From positions 8,747,989-8,779,988 of the forward strand of contig NC_010162.1 in NCBI RefSeq assembly GCF_000067165.1: DNA of 32,000 bases. Direction: 5' to 3'. Numbering within the stretch: position 1 is the first letter of the stretch; each line of letters opens with the position of its first letter. The notes under the pieces were generated by a model that was not told where the DNA came from, did no database searches, and worked only from the letters and a program-made list of their open reading frames with translations. The DNA is from Sorangium cellulosum So ce56. Its GTDB lineage: Bacteria > Myxococcota_A > Polyangia > Polyangiales > Polyangiaceae. Made by a program: the position numbers and the translations under genes. This document shows, in pieces, positions 19,613 through 26,938 of this stretch.

Positions 19613-19637
19613 GGAACCGCGGGCCGGCGGGCCCGTC
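19613..19637 (+). promoter_or_regulatory. ECF-type promoter-like motif GGAAC-N16-CGTC
   Basis: 'GGAAC' (19613-19617), a 16-nt spacer, then 'CGTC' (19634-19637). It is on the plus strand, divergent from the sigma gene and pointing toward the gene at 20077. This is a motif match only. Confidence 0.3.
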
Positions 19638-19884
19638 TGCAGAACAGGAAGCGGGCGGGCGAGCGGCCCGTCCTGAAGGCGGATCGGTTCCTTGGCCCGC
19701 CGGGGGGCGTAAGTATACAACGGACATGTCGGACCTCGCTCTATCGGGGTTCGGCCACGCCGCCCGGGGTGTTACCAGCACCCGCGGGCGGCACTTTGCT
19801 TGTCCGGCGAGCTTACGTGGTCAGCACGAGAAGGGCAATCGATACCCACACTCGGAGGCAACCGAATCGCGCCGTCCGGGTTTC

Positions 19885-19912
19885 TGACAACGAGACGCTC
19901 GTCTCGTTGTCA
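19885..19912. repeat. 28-bp perfect palindrome (copy 1)
   Basis: TGACAACGAGACG-CT-CGTCTCGTTGTCA. A 44-bp block (19871-19914) is 37/44 identical to 22168-22211. Confidence 0.9.
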
Positions 19913-20076
19913 CCCCCCTCTCGCAAGGTCCCTGGTCACATTGGCACATACTCGACGTCTACGATGTGAGGGCCAGGCAAGGGCCGGGAGAGGCAAGCCC
20001 TCCCTTTGACTCATTTCCCGAACCGCTCAGAGCATCGCGCACGCCACCGAATGACCGCCTCAAGACATCAACACCG

Positions 20077-21018
20077 ATGGAAGAAATAGCACTCGCGCTC
20101 TTCGGAATCGTCGCCGGCACCGTAGTGTCGCACTACTACTACAGAAAGTCGACGCTCAAGCAGCTCTCGGTGTATAAGTGGCTAAGTGCACGCATATTTA
20201 GCGGCATCGATCCCGATGTTCGGCACCAGCTACACTTCACCTTCCGTGGCGAAGAAGTAGACGATCTTCACCAGCTTGAGTTCTTGGTTGCCAACGACGG
20301 GGAACGCGCGATCAGCAACATCATTGAGCCCTTAACCATGCACCTCCCGCCTGGCATCAGGGTTCTTGACGCATCCATCATTTACCGACATCCCAACGAG
20401 TTTGCCGCCGAGATCGAGGTCTTCGCAGAGCCGAAAACTCCTCCGGCCATAAGACTAATATTCCCCCTCATGAACAAGGGCGAATTCATATTCGTCAAGC
20501 TACTTCTCGGAGGCGCACTTCGATCGAAGGATGTCGAATTTCGCTTACTCGCAGATGACCTACCTCGCTCGCTTAAATTCAAGCATCTGCCGGAGTCGGC
20601 AAATGTGAGAGACAGCTGGTTCGATCCATTCCAATTCTTTTTCGGATCCATAATCGCATGGCTCTCAGCAATTCCGGGGTATGTAGTGTATGCATTTTGG
20701 AAAGCCCAACCTGATATTTCTCCGTACCCTTGGTCAAACTTCAGGTTTTCGCCTGCTTCCATTGCTGCCCTCTTGATGGGCCTCATAGCTCTAATCATGG
20801 CAGCACTTGGCTTAACGATGGTAGTATCAAGCCTCCTTGGAGGCGCACTCTCCCGAGTGCCGCATTTTAAGCTCCCCACCGAGCTGCGGATGCGACAACA
20901 CGGGCTGCTAATCGATTTCGATCCAGAAGATCTTGATTTTCATTTATCGAACCGCGAGGAAGACCGATCGGCCAACACGCTGAAACTGGGCACAGGTCAC
21001 CGCGGTCCAGAAGAATGA
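20077..21018 (+). CDS. low-GC membrane protein of unknown function (1 N-terminal and 2 C-terminal TM helices)
   Basis: ATG 20077 gives 'MEEIALALFGIVAGTVVSHYYY' (TM), then a ~170-aa soluble domain, then 'FFFGSIIAWLSAIPGYVVYAFW' and 'IAALLMGLIALIMAALGLTMVVSSLL'. Hand counts of two 60-nt lines give 32/60 and 29/60 GC, against about 43/60 in a core gene. Confidence 0.7.
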   Translation: MEEIALALFGIVAGTVVSHYYYRKSTLKQLSVYKWLSARIFSGIDPDVRHQLHFTFRGEEVDDLHQLEFLVANDGERAISNIIEPLTMHLPPGIRVLDASIIYRHPNEFAAEIEVFAEPKTPPAIRLIFPLMNKGEFIFVKLLLGGALRSKDVEFRLLADDLPRSLKFKHLPESANVRDSWFDPFQFFFGSIIAWLSAIPGYVVYAFWKAQPDISPYPWSNFRFSPASIAALLMGLIALIMAALGLTMVVSSLLGGALSRVPHFKLPTELRMRQHGLLIDFDPEDLDFHLSNREEDRSANTLKLGTGHRGPEE

Positions 21019-21118
21019 CTTATCGCAGCTGAATCGCTCAAGGCGCGTAAGCCCGAAGCGTGCGAATTCACGGATTGAAGAGGCTACGGTTGACAGCTGG
21101 GGTGAGGACTCGACGGAA

Positions 21119-21545
21119 CTATCCGCCGCGCCGGGCGCGCTCGGCGGCGAGGTCGACCACGCCGGCCGCGTCGGCCCCTGGCGCGCCGAGCAGACGCCCG
21201 ATGGTCTCGTGGGCGATGCGCGCCGCCTCCACGTCGCCCGCCGCGAGCGCCGCCCGAGCTGGCGCTACCCGCCGCGCCGGGCGCGCTCGGCGGCGAGGTC
21301 GACCACGCCGGCCGCGTCGGCCCCTGGCGCGCCGAGCAGACGCCCGATGGTCTCGTGGGCGATGCGCGCCGCCTCCACGTCGCCCGCCGCGAGCGCCGCC
21401 CGAGCTGGCGCTACCCGCCGCGCCGGGCGCGCTCGGCGGCGAGGTCGACCACGCCGGCCGCGTCGGCCCCTGGCGCGCCGAGCAGACGCCCGATGGTCTC
21501 GTGGGCGATGCGCGCCGCCTCCACGTCGCCCGCCGCGAGCGCCGC
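21119..21545. repeat. 146-bp tandem repeat, 2.9 copies
   Basis: Units start at 21119, 21265 and 21411. Copies 1 and 2 differ at a single base as far as I can see (ctaTcc versus ctaCcc). Each unit encodes, on the minus strand, 'ALAAGDVEAARIAHETIGRLLGAPGADAAGVVDLAAERARRGG*'. Confidence 0.95.
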
Positions 21546-21722
21546 TCTCATGCCTTCCGCCAGCTGGCCGAGGAGCACCGTCCGCGGGTCCTCCGGTTTC
21601 GTCCGGGATTCGTCCGGCTCACGAGGTTTCGCGCACTTAGCCGCCGTCGTCGGCACGCTTGCCGCTCCCGTCGCATGCGGAAACCTACGCGATCCCTGCG
21701 GATCCCTACCCTCGGCAGGCGT
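21411..21722 (-). other. displaced 3' coding segment of int (C-terminal tail of the excised-form integrase)
   Basis: In phase with the att core ('VEAPGIE') and open for 103 further codons ('TPAEGRDPQ...ERARRGG*'). The distal 43 codons are very GC3-rich (41/43). Confidence 0.55.
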
Positions 21723-21745
21723 TTCGATTCCCGGCGCCTCCACCA
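21723..21745 (+). repeat. attR core (second copy of the tmRNA 3' end)
   Basis: Identical 23 bp to 12185-12207. Followed directly by an intrinsic terminator. Confidence 0.85.
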
Positions 21746-21748
21746 AAA

Positions 21749-21780
21749 AGACACGGCGAAAGCCGTGTCTTTTTTCTTTT
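21749..21780 (+). terminator. rho-independent terminator (the displaced native ssrA terminator)
   Basis: Stem 'AGACACGGC', GAAA loop, 'GCCGTGTCT', then 'TTTTTTCTTTT'. Confidence 0.85.
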
Positions 21781-22181
21781 GTGGGCTCTGCGGGTGACCT
21801 GACAAAGTTTTGCGAGGTCTGGCGAGGCTGGACGGTGTGAGACAGAGCACCGGCAGCGGATGGCCATAGCCGAACCGGCGGAACGGAACGGGGCGGGATG
21901 GTCGACTGGGGGCCTGCGATCCGGATCCCGGGTCCGCCCTGCTGGAAGCCAGGACCAGTGAAGCGGGACCGGTTGTAGGTGGACCGGAGGCGACCCCGAT
22001 CCCCCTACCTACCCGAGACGATGCAGCCGAGCGGGCGCCTCTTGACACGGGACGGTAGCTCCGCTGACCTCACAGAGGGAGGTGGCCACGAGGATGGCTC
22101 GAGCGGCCATGAGGGCCGGAGAGACGCGCTCTCGGCGCGGACCGCATCCGTCGGCGCGTAGGGTTGTGCCGTCGGATCTTC

Positions 22182-22209
22182 TGTCAACGAGACGGTCGTC
22201 TCGTTGACA
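22182..22209. repeat. 28-bp perfect palindrome (copy 2)
   Basis: TGTCAACGAGACG-GT-CGTCTCGTTGACA. It lies 65 nt beyond the stop of the minus-strand gene at 22274-23590. Confidence 0.9.
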
Positions 22210-22273
22210 CCAAGCCTCCGGTCCCAGTGCTTACGTCGGGAGCTGTAAAAGGCCACCGCATGATGGGAGGAGC

Positions 22274-23590
22274 TTACTTCTTCACCTTGCGCTGCTTGGC
22301 GGCCTTCGCTCGGCGCTGTTTTCGGGGCGCATCGGACATACCGTCTGCGGCATGTTTTGCGACCTTTCGCCGAAGTAAATCCGCGAAACGGCGAGGACTC
22401 GGTTTGCTAAGCATTTTTTCGAGACCAAACGTGTCGACTGCGCCAAGCGTCTGGTTCAGCGCAGCGCCGACCAGTGTGCCGGCGACGAGACCTTCGGGCG
22501 ATCCGATGGCGGTACCGACGATTCCGCCAAGAGCGCTAAACGTCGATAGTCGCACATGCTTAAACCAAACACGATCCTTTAACGGCTTACCATGAATGCT
22601 CGCCAACCATGCTTTCGCAACGGCTTCCGCGTCGCGCGGGTTCGGCTGTCCCCAAAGCCATTGGCGAAATTCAAGCGTTGCAGGGTCATTGCGAAGGCGC
22701 ACCACATCCTGTGGCGTAATAATATTCTGAGCCAAGAGCCTCGGAATGCTCGGTAGGTGTTCCAGGATGAGACCTTTCTCCACAGCCTCAAAAACACCCG
22801 AGTCGTTCACAATCTCCCCGAATCGAAGCAATTGTCTCCATGCCCAGTCGCTCTCATGCAGGTCGAACTCCATGTCATAGAGAACGATCCCTTTCGCAAT
22901 ATCCTCGGCAAGACCAGATAGACGCTTTCTGCCAGCGTCATCCAATTTTTCACGCGACTTGTTCTTGTCGAAGCCAAATCGCTGCAGCGCCCCGCCATCA
23001 TAGGCTGAACGCACCGCGCCGATCGCATCGTGAGGCACGTTTGCGGCGGGCAGATGTGTTCGCTCGGCGGCGAGCTTCGCAAGCCGTTCGAGCTTCGCCC
23101 AGGGCAGACCAGACCATCCTCTAAGACCCATTTCAACCGAGGCCTGAGGATCGCTGTGAGCAGGATCGCTATGATTACCCGCTGCAAGAGGGTCAATGCC
23201 CGTAATCTTTTGTTTCTGCTCCAGCGGCCAGTAAAGCACCATCGGTCGCCACAACAGAAACTGCAGGGAGCTCTCCTCCAGAAGCTGCTCTACACCCTCG
23301 ACACCGAAAATTCTGATAAGTAGACAGAGAGGAACATTTTCGCCGTATACATGGCAGCATACGGCGGGCGACAAGAGGAGAGCTTCTGAAACATGCAGCG
23401 TCTCTGCTGCCGCACCAAGAATCACGGCAGGAGCAAGCTTCGAGGGGGCCTTTGGGTTCTTGAACCAGCGACTCGCGAGCTCGTCGAATCCGGTAGTGTA
23501 AAGGGCGCGCGGCAGTCGGGGCGCCGTCGAACTCACCTTTTCGGGCTCACCTTGCGTGCGGGCGCGGTGCTTCTTTTCACTGCGCTTCAT
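22274..23590 (-). CDS. low-GC hypothetical protein (438 aa; C-terminal glycine-zipper-like segment and Lys/Arg tail)
   Basis: Strong SD 'AAGGGAGGTAAGCG' immediately before ATG 23590. 'FSALGGIVGTAIGSPEGLVAGTLVGAALNQTLGAV' is followed by a basic tail 'RKQRRAKAAKQRKVKK'. One 60-nt line counted 32/60 GC. No domain recognised. Confidence 0.75.
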   Translation of the reverse strand: MKRSEKKHRARTQGEPEKVSSTAPRLPRALYTTGFDELASRWFKNPKAPSKLAPAVILGAAAETLHVSEALLLSPAVCCHVYGENVPLCLLIRIFGVEGVEQLLEESSLQFLLWRPMVLYWPLEQKQKITGIDPLAAGNHSDPAHSDPQASVEMGLRGWSGLPWAKLERLAKLAAERTHLPAANVPHDAIGAVRSAYDGGALQRFGFDKNKSREKLDDAGRKRLSGLAEDIAKGIVLYDMEFDLHESDWAWRQLLRFGEIVNDSGVFEAVEKGLILEHLPSIPRLLAQNIITPQDVVRLRNDPATLEFRQWLWGQPNPRDAEAVAKAWLASIHGKPLKDRVWFKHVRLSTFSALGGIVGTAIGSPEGLVAGTLVGAALNQTLGAVDTFGLEKMLSKPSPRRFADLLRRKVAKHAADGMSDAPRKQRRAKAAKQRKVKK

Positions 23591-24100
23591 CGCTTACCTC
23601 CCTTGGTTAACTCCCGATCGCTTCGACTTGTGCTTATGTCGTGTTGAGCTAGATGTGACTGAGCGAGTGGCAGACTAGGTCGTCCAAGCGATCCCGCGGG
23701 CGCCATCTGAGTTGGACAAGAATGACTCTCCGGAGAATACATCGCTTGCGTCGACCTGCGACCCTCTTGAGAGTCCTGGTGAAGCGGTGGACACAGTGAG
23801 TTTTGTCGTAGTGCTAGACTTGACTGTGGATTTGACTTCAATGAGCCTATCCTATCTAACTAGCGGAACCGGTGTCTGGGATTAGATGTGGCCATGGGCT
23901 GGCTCCCAACGCAGCGTACAAGTGAACAGCGCGCGGATTGGTGTGCTCAGCATCAGGCATATTCCAAGTGGCGACATTGACCTATTATGTGAGATAGTGG
24001 TATCTTGACGATGCAGACGATGCTGGCCCACCACCAAACGATGAGCCGAAGTTATATACCGTGCCGGCTGCGCTCTGCCGCAAGATCCATGACGCCACGC

Positions 24101-24283
24101 GACGACGCCGGCCGCGTCGGCCCCCGGCGCGCCGAGCAGGTGTCCGATGGTCTCGTGGGCGAGGCGCGCCGCCTCGACGTCACCCACGGCGAGCGTCGCC
24201 CGCGCGGGTGCTACCCGCCGCGCCGGCTGCTCTCGGCGGCGAGGTCGATAACGCCGGCCGTGTCGGCCCCTGGCGCGCCGAGC
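24101..24283. repeat. diverged 1.25 copies of the 146-bp int-tail repeat, truncated by IS66
   Basis: Same 146-bp register (the unit boundary 'ctacccgccgcgccgg' is at 24211). Minus-strand reading gives 'GDVEAARLAHETIGHLLGAPGADAAGVV' and 'GAPGADTAGVIDLAAESSRRGG*'. The IS66 left end cuts the right edge at 24283/24284. Confidence 0.75.
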
Positions 24284-24358
24284 GTAAGCGCCCGACCAAC
24301 GCCATCGTGATCGTCGGCGTGGCGCCGGTTACCTATCCCCATCGCGAAGGAGGAAGCG

Positions 24359-24697
24359 ATGGCGACGAAGGCGGAGTGGGCCGAGCGGGTGGAGCGATGG
24401 GAGCGCAGCGGGCTGAGCGCCGAGAGGTTCGCGCGGCGTGAAGGATACAAGCCGAAGCAGCTCTACTGGTGGCGCTGGAAGCTGCGAGCTGACCGGCCCT
24501 CACAGCCCTCGCCGTCGTCGTTGACCGAAGCACCGCGCTTTCTGCCGGTCCACGTGGTGGCGGACGCATCGATCGTCGCGCCGGAGCCGATCGAGATCGC
24601 GCTGCCCAACGGGCGGGTGGTGCGGGTCCGGCCGGGCTTCGACCCGGCCACGCTCGAGCGGGTCCTGGCGCTCGCGGCCGAGGAGACGCCATGCTGA
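24359..24697 (+). CDS. tnpA: IS66 accessory protein TnpA (orf1)
   Basis: 'MATKAEWAERVERWERSGLSAERFARREGYKPKQLYWWRWKL' is typical of IS66 orf1. SD 'GAAGGAGGA' lies upstream. Confidence 0.85.
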   Translation: MATKAEWAERVERWERSGLSAERFARREGYKPKQLYWWRWKLRADRPSQPSPSSLTEAPRFLPVHVVADASIVAPEPIEIALPNGRVVRVRPGFDPATLERVLALAAEETPC

Positions 24698-25113
24698 CGC
24701 TGCCGCCGTCGGTGCGCGTGTACATCGCAGCCGAGCCCACGGACCTGCGCAAGAGCTTTGATGGGCTGTCGGCCTTGGTCTCTCAGCGCTTCGGAGCTGA
24801 CCCGCTCTGCGGGCATCTGTTCGTGTTCAGGAATCGGCGTGGTGACCAGGTGCGCGTCTTGTTCTGGGACCGCACCGGCTACATGATCGTGGCGAAAAAA
24901 TTGGCCCGCGGGCGCTTCCACCTCGCCCGCGACCTGCCCAAGGGGGCCACCCACGTCGAGGTCGAGGCGGCCGAGCTGTCGCTGATGCTCGAAGGGTTCG
25001 ACCTGTCCGAGGCCGTGCGGCGCAAGCGCTGGAGACCCAGCGTGAGAAAAATTGCTCCGTCGAAGCAAAGCTTGATGGATGCGCGTGGGATAGCTATCTC
25101 GCGCGCCACGTGA
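24691..25113 (+). CDS. tnpB: IS66 accessory protein TnpB (orf2)
   Basis: 'VYIAAEPTDLRKSFDGLSALV...LFVFRNRRGDQVRVLFWDRTGYMIVAKKLARGRF' is the characteristic IS66 Orf2 sequence. Its start overlaps the tnpA stop. Confidence 0.9.
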   Translation: MLTLPPSVRVYIAAEPTDLRKSFDGLSALVSQRFGADPLCGHLFVFRNRRGDQVRVLFWDRTGYMIVAKKLARGRFHLARDLPKGATHVEVEAAELSLMLEGFDLSEAVRRKRWRPSVRKIAPSKQSLMDARGIAISRAT

Positions 25114-25385
25114 CCAGTCCTCTTCAGTCCCAGGCACAACTGCCCGCCGATCTGGCGGACGTGCGGAGCAAGCTCGAGCAGCTGGCGGCCGCCGGGCAGC
25201 TTCCGGAGCTCATCGACCTGGTGCTCGGACTGCTGGTCCAGCTGCGCGACAAGAACACCGCGCTCTCGGCGAGGCTCGCAAGCGCGCTGCGCGAGCTCCC
25301 CCCGTGTCAGAGAAGTTGGCGCCCGATCTGATCCGCTTACGCACGATCAGGTCACCGCGTTCGGGGAGCGGAGACAGGCTTTGAG

Positions 25386-25919
25386 GTGAGAGAGTACTCA
25401 GAATCCTTCAAAAGAAAAATCGTCCAACGGCTGCTCGCCCCAGGAGGACCGACGGCGGTGGCGCTGTCCGTCGAGACGGGGGTGCATCAGACGACGCTCT
25501 CGCGCTGGCTTCGCGATGCTCGTAGCCTCGCGCCCATGTCCGATGACGCTCACCGCTCCGCGCCCCCGCCTCCTGCCGCTGCTCGCCGCCCGGAGGACTG
25601 GACCCCGGAGCAGAAGCTGCGCGCGGTGACGGAGGCGGCCGCGCTCTCCGAGCGGGAGCTGGGCGAGTTCCTCCGCCGCGAGGGGCTGCACGAGGCGCAG
25701 CTCGGCGAGTGGCGCAAGGCCGCGCTGGAGGCGCTGGGCGGGCCGGCAAAACCAGGGCACGGCACGGCCCCGTCGCGGCGGGTTCGGGAGCTAGAGAGGC
25801 AACTGCGGCGCAAGGACAAGGCGCTGGCCGAGGCGGCGGCCATTCTGGTGCTCCAAAAAAAAGCCCAGGCCATCTGGGGGGACGGGGACGACGACACGGA
25901 CCCGGAGACCGACAGGTGA
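25386..25919 (+). CDS. IS3-family transposase OrfA (HTH)
   Basis: GTG start. 'SFKRKIVQRLLAPGGPTAVALSVETGVHQTTLSRWLRDA' is an HTH, followed by a coiled-coil-like 'RELERQLRRKDKALAEAAAILVLQKK'. Confidence 0.8.
   Translation: MREYSESFKRKIVQRLLAPGGPTAVALSVETGVHQTTLSRWLRDARSLAPMSDDAHRSAPPPPAAARRPEDWTPEQKLRAVTEAAALSERELGEFLRREGLHEAQLGEWRKAALEALGGPAKPGHGTAPSRRVRELERQLRRKDKALAEAAAILVLQKKAQAIWGDGDDDTDPETDR
25855..25862 (+). promoter_or_regulatory. A8 slippery run, candidate -1 programmed frameshift site (orfA-orfB)
   Basis: 'CAA AAA AAA G' in the orfA frame. The orfB frame is -1 relative to orfA and is open across this site (from 25709). Confidence 0.5.
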
Positions 25920-26938
25920 CGCTCGAGCTCATCGACGAGGCCGTCCGTGGCGGCGCCACACTCGCAGCGGCCTGCCGTGCGCTCGGACTCAGTGAGCGTA
26001 CCGTCGCCCGCTGGCGAGGGGAGGCTGGCGGCGAGGACGGTCGAGCCGGACCGCACCACGCGCCGGTGCACAAGCTGACCGAGGCGGAGCGTCGAAGGAT
26101 CGTCGAGACGGCCAATAGCCCCGAGTTCCGCAACCTCTCGCCCAAGCAGATCGTCCCGCGTCTGGCCGACCGCGGCGTGTATCTGGCATCGGAGTCGAGC
26201 TTCTACCGCGTCCTGCGCGAGCAGGGGCTGCTGGCGCACCGCAATCCGGCTCGACCAGCGAGCGCCCATCGTCCTCGGGCGCTCGTCGCCAAGAGGCCCA
26301 ATCAGGTGTGGTGTTGGGACATCACCTACCTGAAGAGCGCGGTGCGCGGTGCGTTCTATTTCCTGTACCTGATCGTGGACGTCTACAGTCGCAAGATTGT
26401 CGGCTGGTCGGTCGAGACCGACGAGTCGATGCTCGCTGCCGCTCGTCTCGTCGAGCAGACCTGCCGTCGCGAAGCCGTGGGCTCCGGCTGCCTGGTGCTG
26501 CACGCGGACAACGGCGGCCCGATGAAGGGCTCGACCATGCTCGCCACCCTCCAGCGCCTGGGCGTCGTGCCCTCCTTCAGCCGCCCTCGCGTCAGCGACG
26601 ACAACCCGTACGCCGAGGCCCTCTTCCGCACCCTCAAGTACCGGCCCGAGTACCCACGCCGCCCGTTTGCCACCGTGGAGCAGGCACGCCACTGGGTTGA
26701 GCGCTTCGTCGCCTGGTACAACGGCGAGCACTTGCACAGCAGCATCCGCTTCGTCACGCCCGACGACCGACACCGGGGGCGCGACGGCTCGCTGCTCGCC
26801 GCCCGCCATGCCCTCTACCAGCGGGCCCGCCGCAGGACGCCCCTGCGCTGGACCGGCCAGACACGCAACTGGACCCCGATCGGTCCCGTGACCCTCAACC
26901 CCCACACTCACGAGGCTCAAGCACTCACGAGGATGTGA
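25916..26938 (+). CDS. IS3-family transposase OrfB (DDE/rve integrase core)
   Basis: 'VWCWDITYL...YLIVDVYSRKIVGW...LHADNGGPMKG...NPYAEALFRTLKYRPEY...YNGEHLHSSI' gives the DDE spacing. GTG 25916 overlaps the orfA stop (GTGA). It may instead be made as an OrfAB fusion by frameshifting. Confidence 0.8.
   Translation: MTLELIDEAVRGGATLAAACRALGLSERTVARWRGEAGGEDGRAGPHHAPVHKLTEAERRRIVETANSPEFRNLSPKQIVPRLADRGVYLASESSFYRVLREQGLLAHRNPARPASAHRPRALVAKRPNQVWCWDITYLKSAVRGAFYFLYLIVDVYSRKIVGWSVETDESMLAAARLVEQTCRREAVGSGCLVLHADNGGPMKGSTMLATLQRLGVVPSFSRPRVSDDNPYAEALFRTLKYRPEYPRRPFATVEQARHWVERFVAWYNGEHLHSSIRFVTPDDRHRGRDGSLLAARHALYQRARRRTPLRWTGQTRNWTPIGPVTLNPHTHEAQALTRM

Noticed and set aside
21119-21545. The 146-bp repeat array as a CRISPR array
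   Set aside because: The units are contiguous with no unique spacers, the unit is far longer than CRISPR repeats, and there are no cas genes in the window.
21060-21840. Three plus-strand ORFs beginning 'MGDARRLHVARRERR...' (21060, 21209, 21355)
   Set aside because: They are the same antisense frame read three times through the 146-bp tandem repeat. The minus-strand frame has the coding-like GC3 and a meaningful integrase-tail sequence.
19885-22209. The twin 28-bp palindromes as crossover sites (hix/res site I-like, 13+2+13 bp) for the island's serine recombinase
   Set aside because: The architecture fits, but the central dinucleotides are CT and GT. These cannot give complementary 2-nt overhangs in either orientation, so productive recombination between the two copies is unlikely. 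I keep it only as a low-probability alternative.
19885-22209. The palindromes as integron attC sites with cassette genes
   Set aside because: They are too short and too perfect (attC sites are imperfect, 57-141 bp, with extrahelical bases). The RYYYAAC/GTTRRRY consensus is not met, and the integrase shows no IntI-specific features that I can recognise.
23587-23841. An 84-aa ORF whose TGA overlaps the ATG of the 438-aa gene (ATGA)
   Set aside because: The product is Ser/Pro/Gln-rich with no structure-like pattern. The downstream gene has its own strong SD, and the region reads better as a non-coding leader or promoter.
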